Shown piece after piece: positions 1-8,600 of a DNA stretch of 46,722 bases. The DNA comes from an uncultured archaeon (GTDB lineage: Archaea > Nanohalarchaeota > Nanosalinia > Nanosalinales > Nanosalinaceae): assembly GCA_964421955.1 (NCBI GenBank), contig CAYQYU010000008.1:1-46722 (forward strand). Reading direction: 5' to 3'. Under the pieces are notes generated by a model. The model saw only the letters and a program-made list of their open reading frames with translations. It did not search any database and was not told the origin of the DNA. The position numbers were made by a program, and so were the translations under genes. The first letter of the stretch is position 1; every line of letters begins with the position of its first letter.

Positions 1-277
1 CACGCATGATCGAACTTTGCGCAAAAGTTCGGGGTAGAAATCCCGGGCACCGCGAACTGCTGTCAGTTCGAGCAACATGACCACCTCTGGTGGTCGACCG
101 GCTATGCCGGTCACGCATGATCGAACTTTGCGCAAAAGTTCGGGGTAGAAATCCCGGGCACCGCGAACTGCTGTCAGTTCGAGCAACATGACCACCTCTG
201 GTGGTCGACCGGCTATGCCGGTCACGCATGATCGAACTTTGCGCAAAAGTTCGGGGTAGAAATCCCGGGCACCGCGA
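1..277. repeat. Tandem direct repeat, 111-bp unit (copies start at 1, 112, 223; third copy partial); each unit has four short hairpins and a tRNA 3'-end-like segment
   Basis: CACGCATGATCGAACTTTGCGC... recurs identically at 1, 112 and 223. Internal inverted repeats: CGAACTTT/AAAGTTCG, CGAACTG/CAGTTCG, GACCACC/GGTGGTC, GACCGGC/GCCGGTC. The array may continue beyond the window start. Confidence 0.95.
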
Positions 278-400
278 CTTCCGATTCGGTGCGTCGCTCT
301 AACAGGATTCGGGTTCGAATCCTGTGCTCCGCGCTCTTTCGTATGAATGAGTGCTCGAGAAGGGTCTGGGTTGAAAATGCCTGCGGGCTCGACTGGTTTT

Positions 401-910
401 TCAGTCATCGGTTTCCTGGGCTTCAAGTGTTCCATCAATGTACTCTGATTCTTCCAAGCCATACTTTTCAGACTCAGCATCGTGGTCTTCTTCAAGTTCC
501 ATCCTGTACTTCCTGGCGGCGTAGTGCGCACCTACCTGATTGGCAAGCATGTCAAGGGGATCCGGGTAGCCGTCCCTCTCAAACTCCTTGTAGGCTCCGA
601 GGCCAAGTGTTACCGTCTGACAGGTTACCCATACCGCCCGATAGCCGGGATCGAAGGGTAAAGAATCGATAGCTCTTACCAGCCCTCTGTTGCCGCCGTA
701 AGAAGTTACGAGATGTACCGGCTTGTCGGCGTGGACGTCATTCAGAGTTTCCTGGAAAAACTGCTCGGGGATCTCCAGACCGGTTATAGTCTCGACTACG
801 CCAGGATACGTCTCCATGAACTGGAAGCTCACACCTGTAGAAAGACCGCCCCACATGTCCCAATGATCCCTGACCTCCTGCTTAGCTCTCTCGTAGATTC
901 CCTCTGTCAC
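401..910 (-). CDS. Hypothetical protein, YfiM/DUF2279-like motif set
   Basis: Acidic 169-aa ORF with DKPVH...S, G..KE and DMLANQVGA segments resembling the YfiM/DUF2279 pattern. Confidence 0.55.
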   Translation of the reverse strand: MTEGIYERAKQEVRDHWDMWGGLSTGVSFQFMETYPGVVETITGLEIPEQFFQETLNDVHADKPVHLVTSYGGNRGLVRAIDSLPFDPGYRAVWVTCQTVTLGLGAYKEFERDGYPDPLDMLANQVGAHYAARKYRMELEEDHDAESEKYGLEESEYIDGTLEAQETDD

Positions 911-1041
911 GGAAAGTTAGTCAAGTAGAAAACTAGTTTATACCTGTCTTTCCTGTAGCTCCAGACTTTAATACTGAACGGGCGTGGGATACGAGTTCGG
1001 ATTTATAAAGATAAGATAGGAAGTTTTGGTGTGTTGAATCG

Positions 1042-2322
1042 ATGTCTTGGATGGCGAAGATCAGGGACCTGTTCATCCAGCTTCGAGAAAGGGTGATTGA
1101 ATTGACCGAAGAAAACAGTTCTGAACCGGAAATGGACAAGAAAAAGAAGGAAAAAAAGCAACGCCAGGACTCAGACGACGGAAAACAGCAGAGAGTCCAG
1201 TTCCCGCAGTACTTCCAGACCGGCCAGAAAAAGCAGAAAAGCAACCCTAACAGCACCAACCTGAAGACACCTGTTCTCAGGGGAGTAATAGTTTCTGAAT
1301 TTGATGGAGAGAGAATCTGGGTCGAGGCATCAGGAAATATGAAGGGCCGCTACGGCGTCGAAGTACCGAGCGGCTACAGCCCTGAGGACTTTTCCGCTGG
1401 CACTGAAGTCGCGCTTGATCCGAACAGTTTCAAGGTAACAGATATAGTAGAGAAGAGCAAGGATGCGGACTTCACACCGGTAATGACCGAGATCACCTTC
1501 CAGGACGTTGGAGGGCTCGACCACATAATTAAAGCGCTCAAGTCGAACGTCGGCGCACAGCTAGATTCAGAAAAGCGGCAGAAGATCAACGAGTGGGGAA
1601 TGGATCTTGACAAGAGCATCCTGTTGGTCGGAAGGCCTGGAACCGGTAAAACACACATGGTGAAGGCGCTCAGCAATGAGTACGAGGCGGATATGTTCAT
1701 GATCAACGGACCCCAGCTAGTCGAAAAATTCATTGGAGAGGGCGCAAAGAAGGTCAAAAGGCTTTACGAGCAGGCCCGAGCCTCTGACAGGCCGGCGATA
1801 ATCTTCATCGATGAGATAGATGCCATCGCGAAGAAGAGACTTGACGAACGCAGGCATGGAGGCGAAGAGGTCGAGAGAACGATGTCACAGCTACTATCGG
1901 AGCTTGACGGTCTCGACACCGAGGAAGGCTCGGACGTTATATCGATATTTGCAACCAACAAGCCGGATGTTATGGACCCTGCACTGCTGAACAGGTGCAG
2001 CGCGATTGAAGTTCCGGTACCGACTGAAGAGGCGAAGAAGGAGATTCTCCAGGTACATACCAGGAGACTCGAGACCGAGGGGGACGTTGACCTCGACCTG
2101 ATTTCGGCGGAGCTCGACGAGGATTTCACCGGAAGGGACATAAAACAGATAGTGAAGCAGTCCGCGATCAACGCTCTTGACCGCTCCGAAGATACATCAA
2201 GCGCGAGAGTCAGCATGGCGGACTTTGAAGAGGCGATACAAGACCTGAGAGAGGGCAACATCGGGCTCGAAAAAGACTTCCTCGCAGGAGAAGACATCCA
2301 CCCCGAGGAAATGTTTGCCTAG
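1042..2322 (+). CDS. pan: Divergent proteasome-activating nucleotidase (PAN)-like AAA+ ATPase
   Basis: OB-like segment (VALDPNSF), DVGGL, Walker A GRPGTGKT, pore loop KFIGEG, Walker B IFIDEID, GGEEVERTMSQLLSELDG, C-terminal HbYX-like MFA; TTTATAAA upstream at ~1002. Confidence 0.8.
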   Translation: MSWMAKIRDLFIQLRERVIELTEENSSEPEMDKKKKEKKQRQDSDDGKQQRVQFPQYFQTGQKKQKSNPNSTNLKTPVLRGVIVSEFDGERIWVEASGNMKGRYGVEVPSGYSPEDFSAGTEVALDPNSFKVTDIVEKSKDADFTPVMTEITFQDVGGLDHIIKALKSNVGAQLDSEKRQKINEWGMDLDKSILLVGRPGTGKTHMVKALSNEYEADMFMINGPQLVEKFIGEGAKKVKRLYEQARASDRPAIIFIDEIDAIAKKRLDERRHGGEEVERTMSQLLSELDGLDTEEGSDVISIFATNKPDVMDPALLNRCSAIEVPVPTEEAKKEILQVHTRRLETEGDVDLDLISAELDEDFTGRDIKQIVKQSAINALDRSEDTSSARVSMADFEEAIQDLREGNIGLEKDFLAGEDIHPEEMFA

Positions 2323-2420
2323 AGCTACTCCGTGAGGAGTTGGTCTATCGAGAAGCGCAAGCTTCGACAGACTGTACTCGAAACCTGTAAGTTTTCAAAC
2401 TAACACAAGAGGTTAAACCG

Positions 2421-2642
2421 ATGACCGAAGACAAGTTCCACAAAGAGATGCGGCTGAAGAAAGAGGATGCAGCAGGTTTTCTGCGCGAACTCGCTGATTC
2501 AATTGAAGACGAGGAGGAAGTCATGCTCCAGGGAGAAGACTGGAAGATATACCAGCCCTACCAGGACATAATCCCGTTCAGGCTGGTCCAGACTGATAAA
2601 GGGCTTGAGGTCGACCTGAAGATGATTCCGCCTGAAGAGTAG
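2421..2642 (+). CDS. Amphi-Trp-like small protein
   Basis: 73 aa; the pattern FHKEMRLKKEDAAGFLRELADSIE matches the haloarchaeal amphi-Trp family; SD-like GAGG upstream. Confidence 0.6.
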   Translation: MTEDKFHKEMRLKKEDAAGFLRELADSIEDEEEVMLQGEDWKIYQPYQDIIPFRLVQTDKGLEVDLKMIPPEE

Positions 2643-3350
2643 TCAGTATTCAAACTCCTCTTTCTCCGTCTCCCACTCCGGATCAACCTTTCCCAGATCA
2701 CGAGTAACATGGGAAACCATCTTCTCCAGCTTCTTTTCCTTCTCCATCGTGCTTGAAGAAGTGAGAAATTCCTGGGCCAGCTTGTACATGTAGCCGTCGA
2801 ACTCCTGGAGCTTCTTTATTCGATAGTTATCCTTTACCGGTACTTCTCCCTTCAGCAGGTAATGCTTATGTATTAGATATTCAAACATCTGGTACATCAT
2901 GTATCGCTTCTGGCCCACATCTTCAGTATCCAGATCCTGCTGGTAGTCCCAGATGTTGTAAAGAATCTTCTCTCTTTCCTGATCAGAAAGATTCATCTTT
3001 TCATCTAATTTCTGCTCAGAGTACTCTTCCAGCTCTTCAAAGATGCCTTCGGGATCGTGCCTCACATCTGCGTTCCTCATCCAGTGATGCATGTACCAAG
3101 ACTCGCCTTCACGGTCAAAGTAACTCTTCGCCCACTCCATCGAATTGAAGAACTTTTCAAAAACTATGCCTTCTATTTCCTCTGTAACCCTTTTCCGCCA
3201 GTCACCGTCGATAATTACGTATATATCAATATCGTTGTGATCTTGCGAAGGATCGCGGGCATAGCTCCCAACTACTGCAACTGCACTTACATCTTTGCGG
3301 GACTTAAGCCTCTCAACTTCAGAATCGACAAGTTCTTCCAGTTCAGTCAT
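2643..3350 (-). CDS. Pol-beta superfamily nucleotidyltransferase domain protein with helical C-terminus
   Basis: VVGSYAR...NDIDIY (GS...DxD); its start overlaps the gatB stop. Confidence 0.8.
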   Translation of the reverse strand: MTELEELVDSEVERLKSRKDVSAVAVVGSYARDPSQDHNDIDIYVIIDGDWRKRVTEEIEGIVFEKFFNSMEWAKSYFDREGESWYMHHWMRNADVRHDPEGIFEELEEYSEQKLDEKMNLSDQEREKILYNIWDYQQDLDTEDVGQKRYMMYQMFEYLIHKHYLLKGEVPVKDNYRIKKLQEFDGYMYKLAQEFLTSSSTMEKEKKLEKMVSHVTRDLGKVDPEWETEKEEFEY

Positions 3351-4762
3351 CCTAGACGGTCGAGAATCTTCTCTCTAGCAGTTTTTGGATCGGCCTTCCC
3401 CTGGCTCTGCTGCATTACCTGTCCGACAAGGAAGTTGATCGCGTCTTCCTCTCCCGAGTGGTAATCGTCGACCGCATCCTTGTTACTTTCAATAACTTCA
3501 TCGACTATCTGGTCGACCTCGGAGTCCTCCGCCTTCAGTAGGTCGCGTTCTTCAACAACTCGGGCCGGATCCTGCGGATCCTCCACAATATCTCTAAGAA
3601 CTATCTCCGCGTTCCGATCAGAGATCTCATCCTGTTCCAGGAGCTCGAGCAGGTACTCCAGCCATTCCTTCTTCACAGGAGATTCACCGTAAGTTAGCTC
3701 GTTGTAGTTCAGCGTCTTCTTTAACTCGCCCGTGAGCCATGATGCGACAAGGCTAACATCATAGTCCTCCGCGAGAGCTTCAAAGCCGTCCGCTAGTGTG
3801 GGCTCGGTTATGAGTGATTCTATCTGCTTGTCGGAGATCCCGTATTCCTGTTTGAAACGGTCGAACTTCTCGTGCGGCAGCTCTGGGATTTCGTCGCGGA
3901 CTCGGTCCTGGAACTCCTGATCTAGTTCCTGCCTGGTGAGATCCGGGTCGAAGATGTAGCCATAGTCCTTCTCAGTCTCCTTTTCCCGCAGTTTCTCTGT
4001 CACGCTCATGTCCGCGTTGTAGCTGCGGGTCTCCTGTTCGACTTCGCGGTTCCTCTGCTTTAGCTGTTTCTGGCGCGAGATCTCGTAGCTTAATGCCTTT
4101 TCAACCTCAGAGGTTCCCGTTATGTTCTTGACTTCAACGCGAGAACCGCCTTCTATTGAAATGTTTGCGTCACTCTTGATCGAGAACTTGCTCTCGGGAA
4201 AGTAAACCTCCAGGTATTCAAGCATTCTCGCGAGCTGCTGGAGGTAGGCCCTGGCTTCTTCCGGTGATTCAAAGTCTGGACCTGTAACTATTTCGAGAAG
4301 AGGTGTTCCAGACCTGTTATAGTCTACCAGAGTGTATTTTGCGTCCGAGACAGATCCTCCTACATGTTCAAGTTTTGCAGGATCTTCTTCTATGTGCAGA
4401 CGGGAGATTCCTATCTGCTTCTTCTCATCACCTATTTTGACCTCTATCTCGCCTTCCCCTCCAACTGGTATCTCGTACTGTGTTATCTGGTAGTTCTTGC
4501 TCATGTCGGGATAGAAGTAGGTCTTTCTCGAAAAGAAGATGTCCTCATTTATATCGCACTGTAAAGCGAGTGCTGTTTTAACTGCCTCCTCAAGCACCGC
4601 ATGGTTCAACCTAGGTCTCGACCCCGGGTGACCCAGGCAGGTCTCACATACATTGGTGTTCGGCTCCTCCGCTTCCTCGTTCGGGCACCCACAGAAGAGC
4701 TTCGTCTCGGTATCGAGCTGGACGTGCGTTTCCAGTCCTATCTTGACTTCTGTTTCACTCAC
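3347..4762 (-). CDS. gatB: Asp/Glu-tRNA amidotransferase subunit B
   Basis: KIGLETHVQL, LFCGC, RKTYFYPD, HIEEDPAK, DYNRSGTPLLEIVT, RVEVKN, FLVGQVM. Start taken at GTG 4762 after GGTGA (alternative ATG 4768). Confidence 0.96.
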   Translation of the reverse strand: MSETEVKIGLETHVQLDTETKLFCGCPNEEAEEPNTNVCETCLGHPGSRPRLNHAVLEEAVKTALALQCDINEDIFFSRKTYFYPDMSKNYQITQYEIPVGGEGEIEVKIGDEKKQIGISRLHIEEDPAKLEHVGGSVSDAKYTLVDYNRSGTPLLEIVTGPDFESPEEARAYLQQLARMLEYLEVYFPESKFSIKSDANISIEGGSRVEVKNITGTSEVEKALSYEISRQKQLKQRNREVEQETRSYNADMSVTEKLREKETEKDYGYIFDPDLTRQELDQEFQDRVRDEIPELPHEKFDRFKQEYGISDKQIESLITEPTLADGFEALAEDYDVSLVASWLTGELKKTLNYNELTYGESPVKKEWLEYLLELLEQDEISDRNAEIVLRDIVEDPQDPARVVEERDLLKAEDSEVDQIVDEVIESNKDAVDDYHSGEEDAINFLVGQVMQQSQGKADPKTAREKILDRLG

Positions 4763-6137
4763 GGTCATCACCGGCGTAAGTATAGGCTGCGTCCAGAATT
4801 TTCTGTTCTTCAAAATGGTCGCCGATCAGGTGCAATCCAGTCGGCATTCCCTCGCTGGTTCCATTGGGAACTGATATCATCGGCACTCCCGCCAGGTTAG
4901 GGCCGACGGTAAGCGTGTCCATGGCGTAGACCTCTGTCGGCGACATCGACTCCGCCTCCTCTATCCTGGGCGCGATGTTTGGCATTGAAGGCGATGCCAG
5001 AACGTCATATTCTTCGAAAGCCTCTTTTAACTGGTCGATTATTTTCTGGCGGACCTTCGCGGCTTTCAGGTAGTACTGGTCCCTGTAGCCTGCCATCCTT
5101 GTATAGGTACCTATCAGGATACGTCTCTTCGCTTCCTTGCCAAATCCCTCTGCACGCACACTGGAGAAGTAGTCGTTAAAATCATCGAACTCCTCCAGAT
5201 CCTTCTCAAGGCCGTAACGCATCCCCGAGAATTTTGCGAGGTTGGTCGAGGCCTCGGCCATCGCTAGAACGTAGTAGGCAGGCACCGCGTACTCTCTCGA
5301 AAGCAGGGGTATGTCGATCTCTTCAACAGTCGCTCCTTTCTCCTCAAGTTCTTCCAGGGAGCGCTCAAAGTTCTCCTTTACACCGCTTTCCAGGCCTTCC
5401 AGTTGTATGTACTGCTCTGGAACACCTATCTTCAGGTTTTCAGCCTCATCTAATTCCCCAGAATAGCCTGGAACCTCCTTTTTCGCAGTGGTCTGGTCCC
5501 TGGAATCAGGGCCCGCGATAACTTCAAGACCCTTTGCAACGCCGAAAACCGTCTTCGCAAGCACCCCGATCTTATCCAGGGAGTTTGCATAATTTATCAG
5601 GCCGTACCGGGATACTCTTCCATATGTGGGAGTTAGTCCCACTACGCCGTTGTATGCCGCAGGGTTAGTGATCGAGCCTCCTGTAGACTCCCCGATCGAT
5701 ATCAGAGGTCGGTCCATCGCCGCCACGACCGCGGCAGCACCGCCCGAGGAACCACCTACTACGCGTTCAGGATCATGCGGATTCTTTGGAGTTCCAAAGG
5801 CGCAGTTGGTGGAGAAGCTCCCGAAGCCGAACTCGTCCTGGTGCGTCTTGCCATAGAAGCTGGCGCCCGCATCCTTTAACCGGGAGACAACGGTCGAGTC
5901 GAAAACTGGTTGATAGTTCTCTATTATCTTCGAGCCTGCAGAGGTTGTAACATCCTCGGCGCAGATCGCATCTTTAACCACGAACGGGATGCCAGAGAGT
6001 TCGCCATCGTTTTCCTGACGATCAATAACTCGCATGAGGTTGAACTCTTCATCCTTCTGCTCCAGCTCCTCCAGAAACTTCTCGTGAAAGTCTTCCTGCT
6101 GGTCCTGTAGAAACTCTCTGAATGTTTCAGGCGCCAT
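4755..6137 (-). CDS. gatA: Asp/Glu-tRNA amidotransferase subunit A
   Basis: Amidase signature VKDAI, GGSSGG, STGGSITNPA, PTYGRVSRYGL, GFGKEAKRRILIGT. Confidence 0.96.
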   Translation of the reverse strand: MAPETFREFLQDQQEDFHEKFLEELEQKDEEFNLMRVIDRQENDGELSGIPFVVKDAICAEDVTTSAGSKIIENYQPVFDSTVVSRLKDAGASFYGKTHQDEFGFGSFSTNCAFGTPKNPHDPERVVGGSSGGAAAVVAAMDRPLISIGESTGGSITNPAAYNGVVGLTPTYGRVSRYGLINYANSLDKIGVLAKTVFGVAKGLEVIAGPDSRDQTTAKKEVPGYSGELDEAENLKIGVPEQYIQLEGLESGVKENFERSLEELEEKGATVEEIDIPLLSREYAVPAYYVLAMAEASTNLAKFSGMRYGLEKDLEEFDDFNDYFSSVRAEGFGKEAKRRILIGTYTRMAGYRDQYYLKAAKVRQKIIDQLKEAFEEYDVLASPSMPNIAPRIEEAESMSPTEVYAMDTLTVGPNLAGVPMISVPNGTSEGMPTGLHLIGDHFEEQKILDAAYTYAGDDRE

Positions 6138-6167
6138 AGGTCAGGGTTGCAGGCGACTCTTAAAAAT

Positions 6168-6293
6168 TCATTCTTCGGCCCCGACACAGTCATCGACATG
6201 GAAAGTCTTGCCGCACTCGCCGCAGGTTGCGAAAAGGACTCTGTAGCTGTCTCCCTCCATTTCACCGCCACACTCCGGGCATTTCAGATCCAC
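6168..6293 (-). CDS. 41-aa CPxCG-type zinc-finger microprotein (not in ORF track)
   Basis: Manual translation from GTG 6293: MDLKCPECGGEMEGDSYRVLFATCGECGKTFHVDDCVGAEE*; GGGGGA upstream; lies within the gat gene run. Confidence 0.75.
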   Translation of the reverse strand: MDLKCPECGGEMEGDSYRVLFATCGECGKTFHVDDCVGAEE

Positions 6294-6340
6294 GGAGCTT
6301 CCCCCGGATAATCCGCCCGAGAAAATCCTGATTTTCGCAA

Positions 6341-6835
6341 CTATCCCACCTCATGGAACTCTATCTCGCCCGATTCGATATCCAAAGTTGCTAAGTGAAA
6401 CGGCTCTTCAGCAAACGGGACAGGAATACCTCCCGGGTTGATTTCGATCGTTCCTTCGCTTTCATCTATCTTCTTCTCGTGGGTGTGGCCTCTGAGGACG
6501 TAGTCATAGTTGCCAGAGCTGACAAGTGCTTCAACTATTTCTTCCTCAGTTCCATGGTAGACCGCGATGCTGTTCCCGTCAAACTCCAGCTCCGCAATAT
6601 TGTTGTAGAACTCTCCGAACTCGTTAACCGCAGGTTTCAGGTTCCACTCTCCGTCGTTGTTTCCCCTGACGCAGTAGAAGTCAAAGCTGTCGCGGTCGAA
6701 AAGCTCCGCGGTGAAGGGCGCGACCATATCGCCGCAGTGGATAACCGCGTCAACTTCCTGGGACTCGAAGAACTCTATGGCCTGGCATGTAACATCCAGG
6801 TTGTCGTGGGTGTCAGATATTAGACCGAGCTTCAT
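6341..6835 (-). CDS. YfcE/MJ0936-family metallophosphoesterase
   Basis: ISDTHDN, IHCGD, VRGNND, YHG, GHTH, INPG; true start ATG 6835 just after the gatC stop. Confidence 0.93.
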   Translation of the reverse strand: MKLGLISDTHDNLDVTCQAIEFFESQEVDAVIHCGDMVAPFTAELFDRDSFDFYCVRGNNDGEWNLKPAVNEFGEFYNNIAELEFDGNSIAVYHGTEEEIVEALVSSGNYDYVLRGHTHEKKIDESEGTIEINPGGIPVPFAEEPFHLATLDIESGEIEFHEVG

Positions 6836-6836
6836 T

Positions 6837-7115
6837 TTAGACACTTGGTCCCTTGAACTTTCCGTCCTCCTTGTTACCGGTATTCTTGAACACTTCTTCC
6901 CTGGAGAGGCACTCTTCTTTCTCATCCTCTCTTGTTTCAGGTTCTACTTCTACGGGGTGGAACGCTGGCTCCACATCCTCAGTATCGACCTTTTCAAGCT
7001 GTGAGAACATATTTAGGATCTCCTCAAAGTCCTCTGTAAATTCGTCGGCCTCCCCTTCAGAGACCTCTATACGAGCATTTCTCGCAACTTGCAGGACTTC
7101 TTCTTTATCCGGCAT
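6837..7115 (-). CDS. gatC: Asp/Glu-tRNA amidotransferase subunit C
   Basis: VARNARIE...FEEILNMFSQLEKVDTEDVEP...RED...DGKFKGP; clustered with gatA/gatB. Confidence 0.92.
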   Translation of the reverse strand: MPDKEEVLQVARNARIEVSEGEADEFTEDFEEILNMFSQLEKVDTEDVEPAFHPVEVEPETREDEKEECLSREEVFKNTGNKEDGKFKGPSV

Positions 7116-7215
7116 AAACAATACTGGAAGTCGAAGTTTTTTGTAATCTCCCGCCGGAGGAATGTAGGTAGTGTTCAGAAGCTGTGAACAACGAAAACAC
7201 TAGACATAGGTAACA

Positions 7216-7223
7216 TTTATAAA
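7216..7223 (+). promoter_or_regulatory. Archaeal TATA box upstream of the UUGGGC hairpin element
   Basis: TTTATAAA about 25 nt upstream of the structured element starting near 7249. Confidence 0.55.
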
Positions 7224-7248
7224 CCAGTCTCGAAAATGGTTAACTACA

Positions 7249-7394
7249 AGACTACATTTTCACGCTTGGGCGCGTGAATCACAGATCCGATCAAACTCGT
7301 TTGGGCGCGAGTTGGATCACACGATTCGAATTGGGCTTCGAATCGAACGAAACGTGTAAGTTTGGGCTATTGGTCTAAGTTCTAGGGTAGAATT
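7249..7394 (+). ncRNA. Putative structured RNA (5' leader of ftsZ or stand-alone sRNA) with repeated UUGGGC-loop hairpins
   Basis: Three hairpins (7259-7278, 7294-7313, 7322-7345) have different stems and the same TTGGGC loop; a fourth TTGGGC lies at 7362 and a GGG-loop hairpin at 7378-7394. Confidence 0.65.
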
Positions 7395-7458
7395 ACCTAT
7401 GCCGGTTTAAAAAGGTTAGGTATAGCTCTACCGCACTCGCAAAAAAGGACGATACAAG

Positions 7459-8529
7459 ATGGAATCCATAATCGACAACTCGAAATCCACCACACAGGCG
7501 GAAACTCAAAATCTCGACGACGTAAAAGATGCTAAGATCCTAGTCGTAGGTGCAGGCGGAGCTGGGAACAACCAGGTAACCCGCATCCAGAAAAAAGATA
7601 TCCAGGGAGCAGAAACGGTAGCTATCAACACCGACAAACAGCACCTCGAAATCTCTTCCGCGGACCGGAAGGTTCTAGTCGGAAGAGAACTAACCAAGGG
7701 ACTTGGCGCAGGCGGACATCCAGAGAAGGGTGCCCGGTCAGTAGAAGAGAACCGCGCCGAACTCAGGAAGCTTTTCCAGGACGCGGACATGGTATTTGTA
7801 ACCGCGGGCCTCGGAGGCGGAACAGGAACCGGTGCAGCACCAGTACTTGCAGAGATCGCGAAGAAAGAGGACTGCATAGTAATAGGAACCGTAACAATGC
7901 CGTTCGAGATTGAAGGTGCGCGCATGTCGAAGGCAGAAGACGGCCTCTACAGGCTACGCCAACATGTGGACACCGCAATTGTAATTGAAAACGACCGGCT
8001 GCTCGATATTGCGGGAGATATGCCTCTCGACCAGGCATTCGGAGTAGCGGACGAGCTCATAACAACAATGATCAAGGGCGTTACCGAGACAATCTCGAAG
8101 CCTTCACTCGTCAACCTCGACTACGCGGACGTCAAATCCGTCATGAACGAAGGCGGCGTTGCAGTGGTAGGGTACGGAGAAAGCGACACCAAGAACAAGG
8201 GAGAAGAAGCAATACACGAAGCATTAAGCAACCCGCTACTTGAAGTCGACTTCGAAGGTGCAAACGGAGCGCTGGTACACATCGCCGGCGGCCAGGACCT
8301 CACGCTCAACGAAATCAACGATGTTGGTCAAACGGTACAGGGACGGCTGGATGATCATGCACAGGTCATCTGGGGCGCCCGCGTAAAAGAAGAACTACAG
8401 GGTAAAATCCAGGTTATCTCCATCGTAACAGGAGTAGAATCACCTTACGTCCTCGGAGATGTCGAGGAACAGGAGTCAGAGATGAAAGGAGACGTAAACG
8501 ACCTGGGACTGGAAGTGATGAACGGCTAA
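7459..8529 (+). CDS. ftsZ: Cell division protein FtsZ (FtsZ1-type)
   Basis: VGAGGAGNN, AINTD, GLGAGG, tubulin signature GLGGGTGTG, PFEIEG, NLDYADV, QVIWGAR. Confidence 0.98.
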   Translation: MESIIDNSKSTTQAETQNLDDVKDAKILVVGAGGAGNNQVTRIQKKDIQGAETVAINTDKQHLEISSADRKVLVGRELTKGLGAGGHPEKGARSVEENRAELRKLFQDADMVFVTAGLGGGTGTGAAPVLAEIAKKEDCIVIGTVTMPFEIEGARMSKAEDGLYRLRQHVDTAIVIENDRLLDIAGDMPLDQAFGVADELITTMIKGVTETISKPSLVNLDYADVKSVMNEGGVAVVGYGESDTKNKGEEAIHEALSNPLLEVDFEGANGALVHIAGGQDLTLNEINDVGQTVQGRLDDHAQVIWGARVKEELQGKIQVISIVTGVESPYVLGDVEEQESEMKGDVNDLGLEVMNG

Positions 8530-8600
8530 TTCCGAAAAGACGAAATTCGGAGACTTTCTGGGTTCCCAGAAAATCTTCGATTTTCGAAAACGATATTTAA

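Noticed and set aside
1-277. CRISPR array
   Set aside because: The units are identical over their full 111 bp with no unique spacers, and no cas genes are in the window.
223-335. Complete tRNA gene
   Set aside because: Only T-arm and acceptor 3'-like sequence is present; I could not build a matching 5' acceptor strand, D-arm and anticodon arm.
289-672. 127-aa plus-strand ORF
   Set aside because: Basic, Cys/Arg-rich composition atypical of this proteome; antisense to the better 401-910 gene.
7259-7367. Mini-CRISPR, tRNA, SRP or RNase P RNA
   Set aside because: Only a 6-nt loop is repeated and the flanks are self-complementary stems; none of the conserved motifs of those RNAs are seen.
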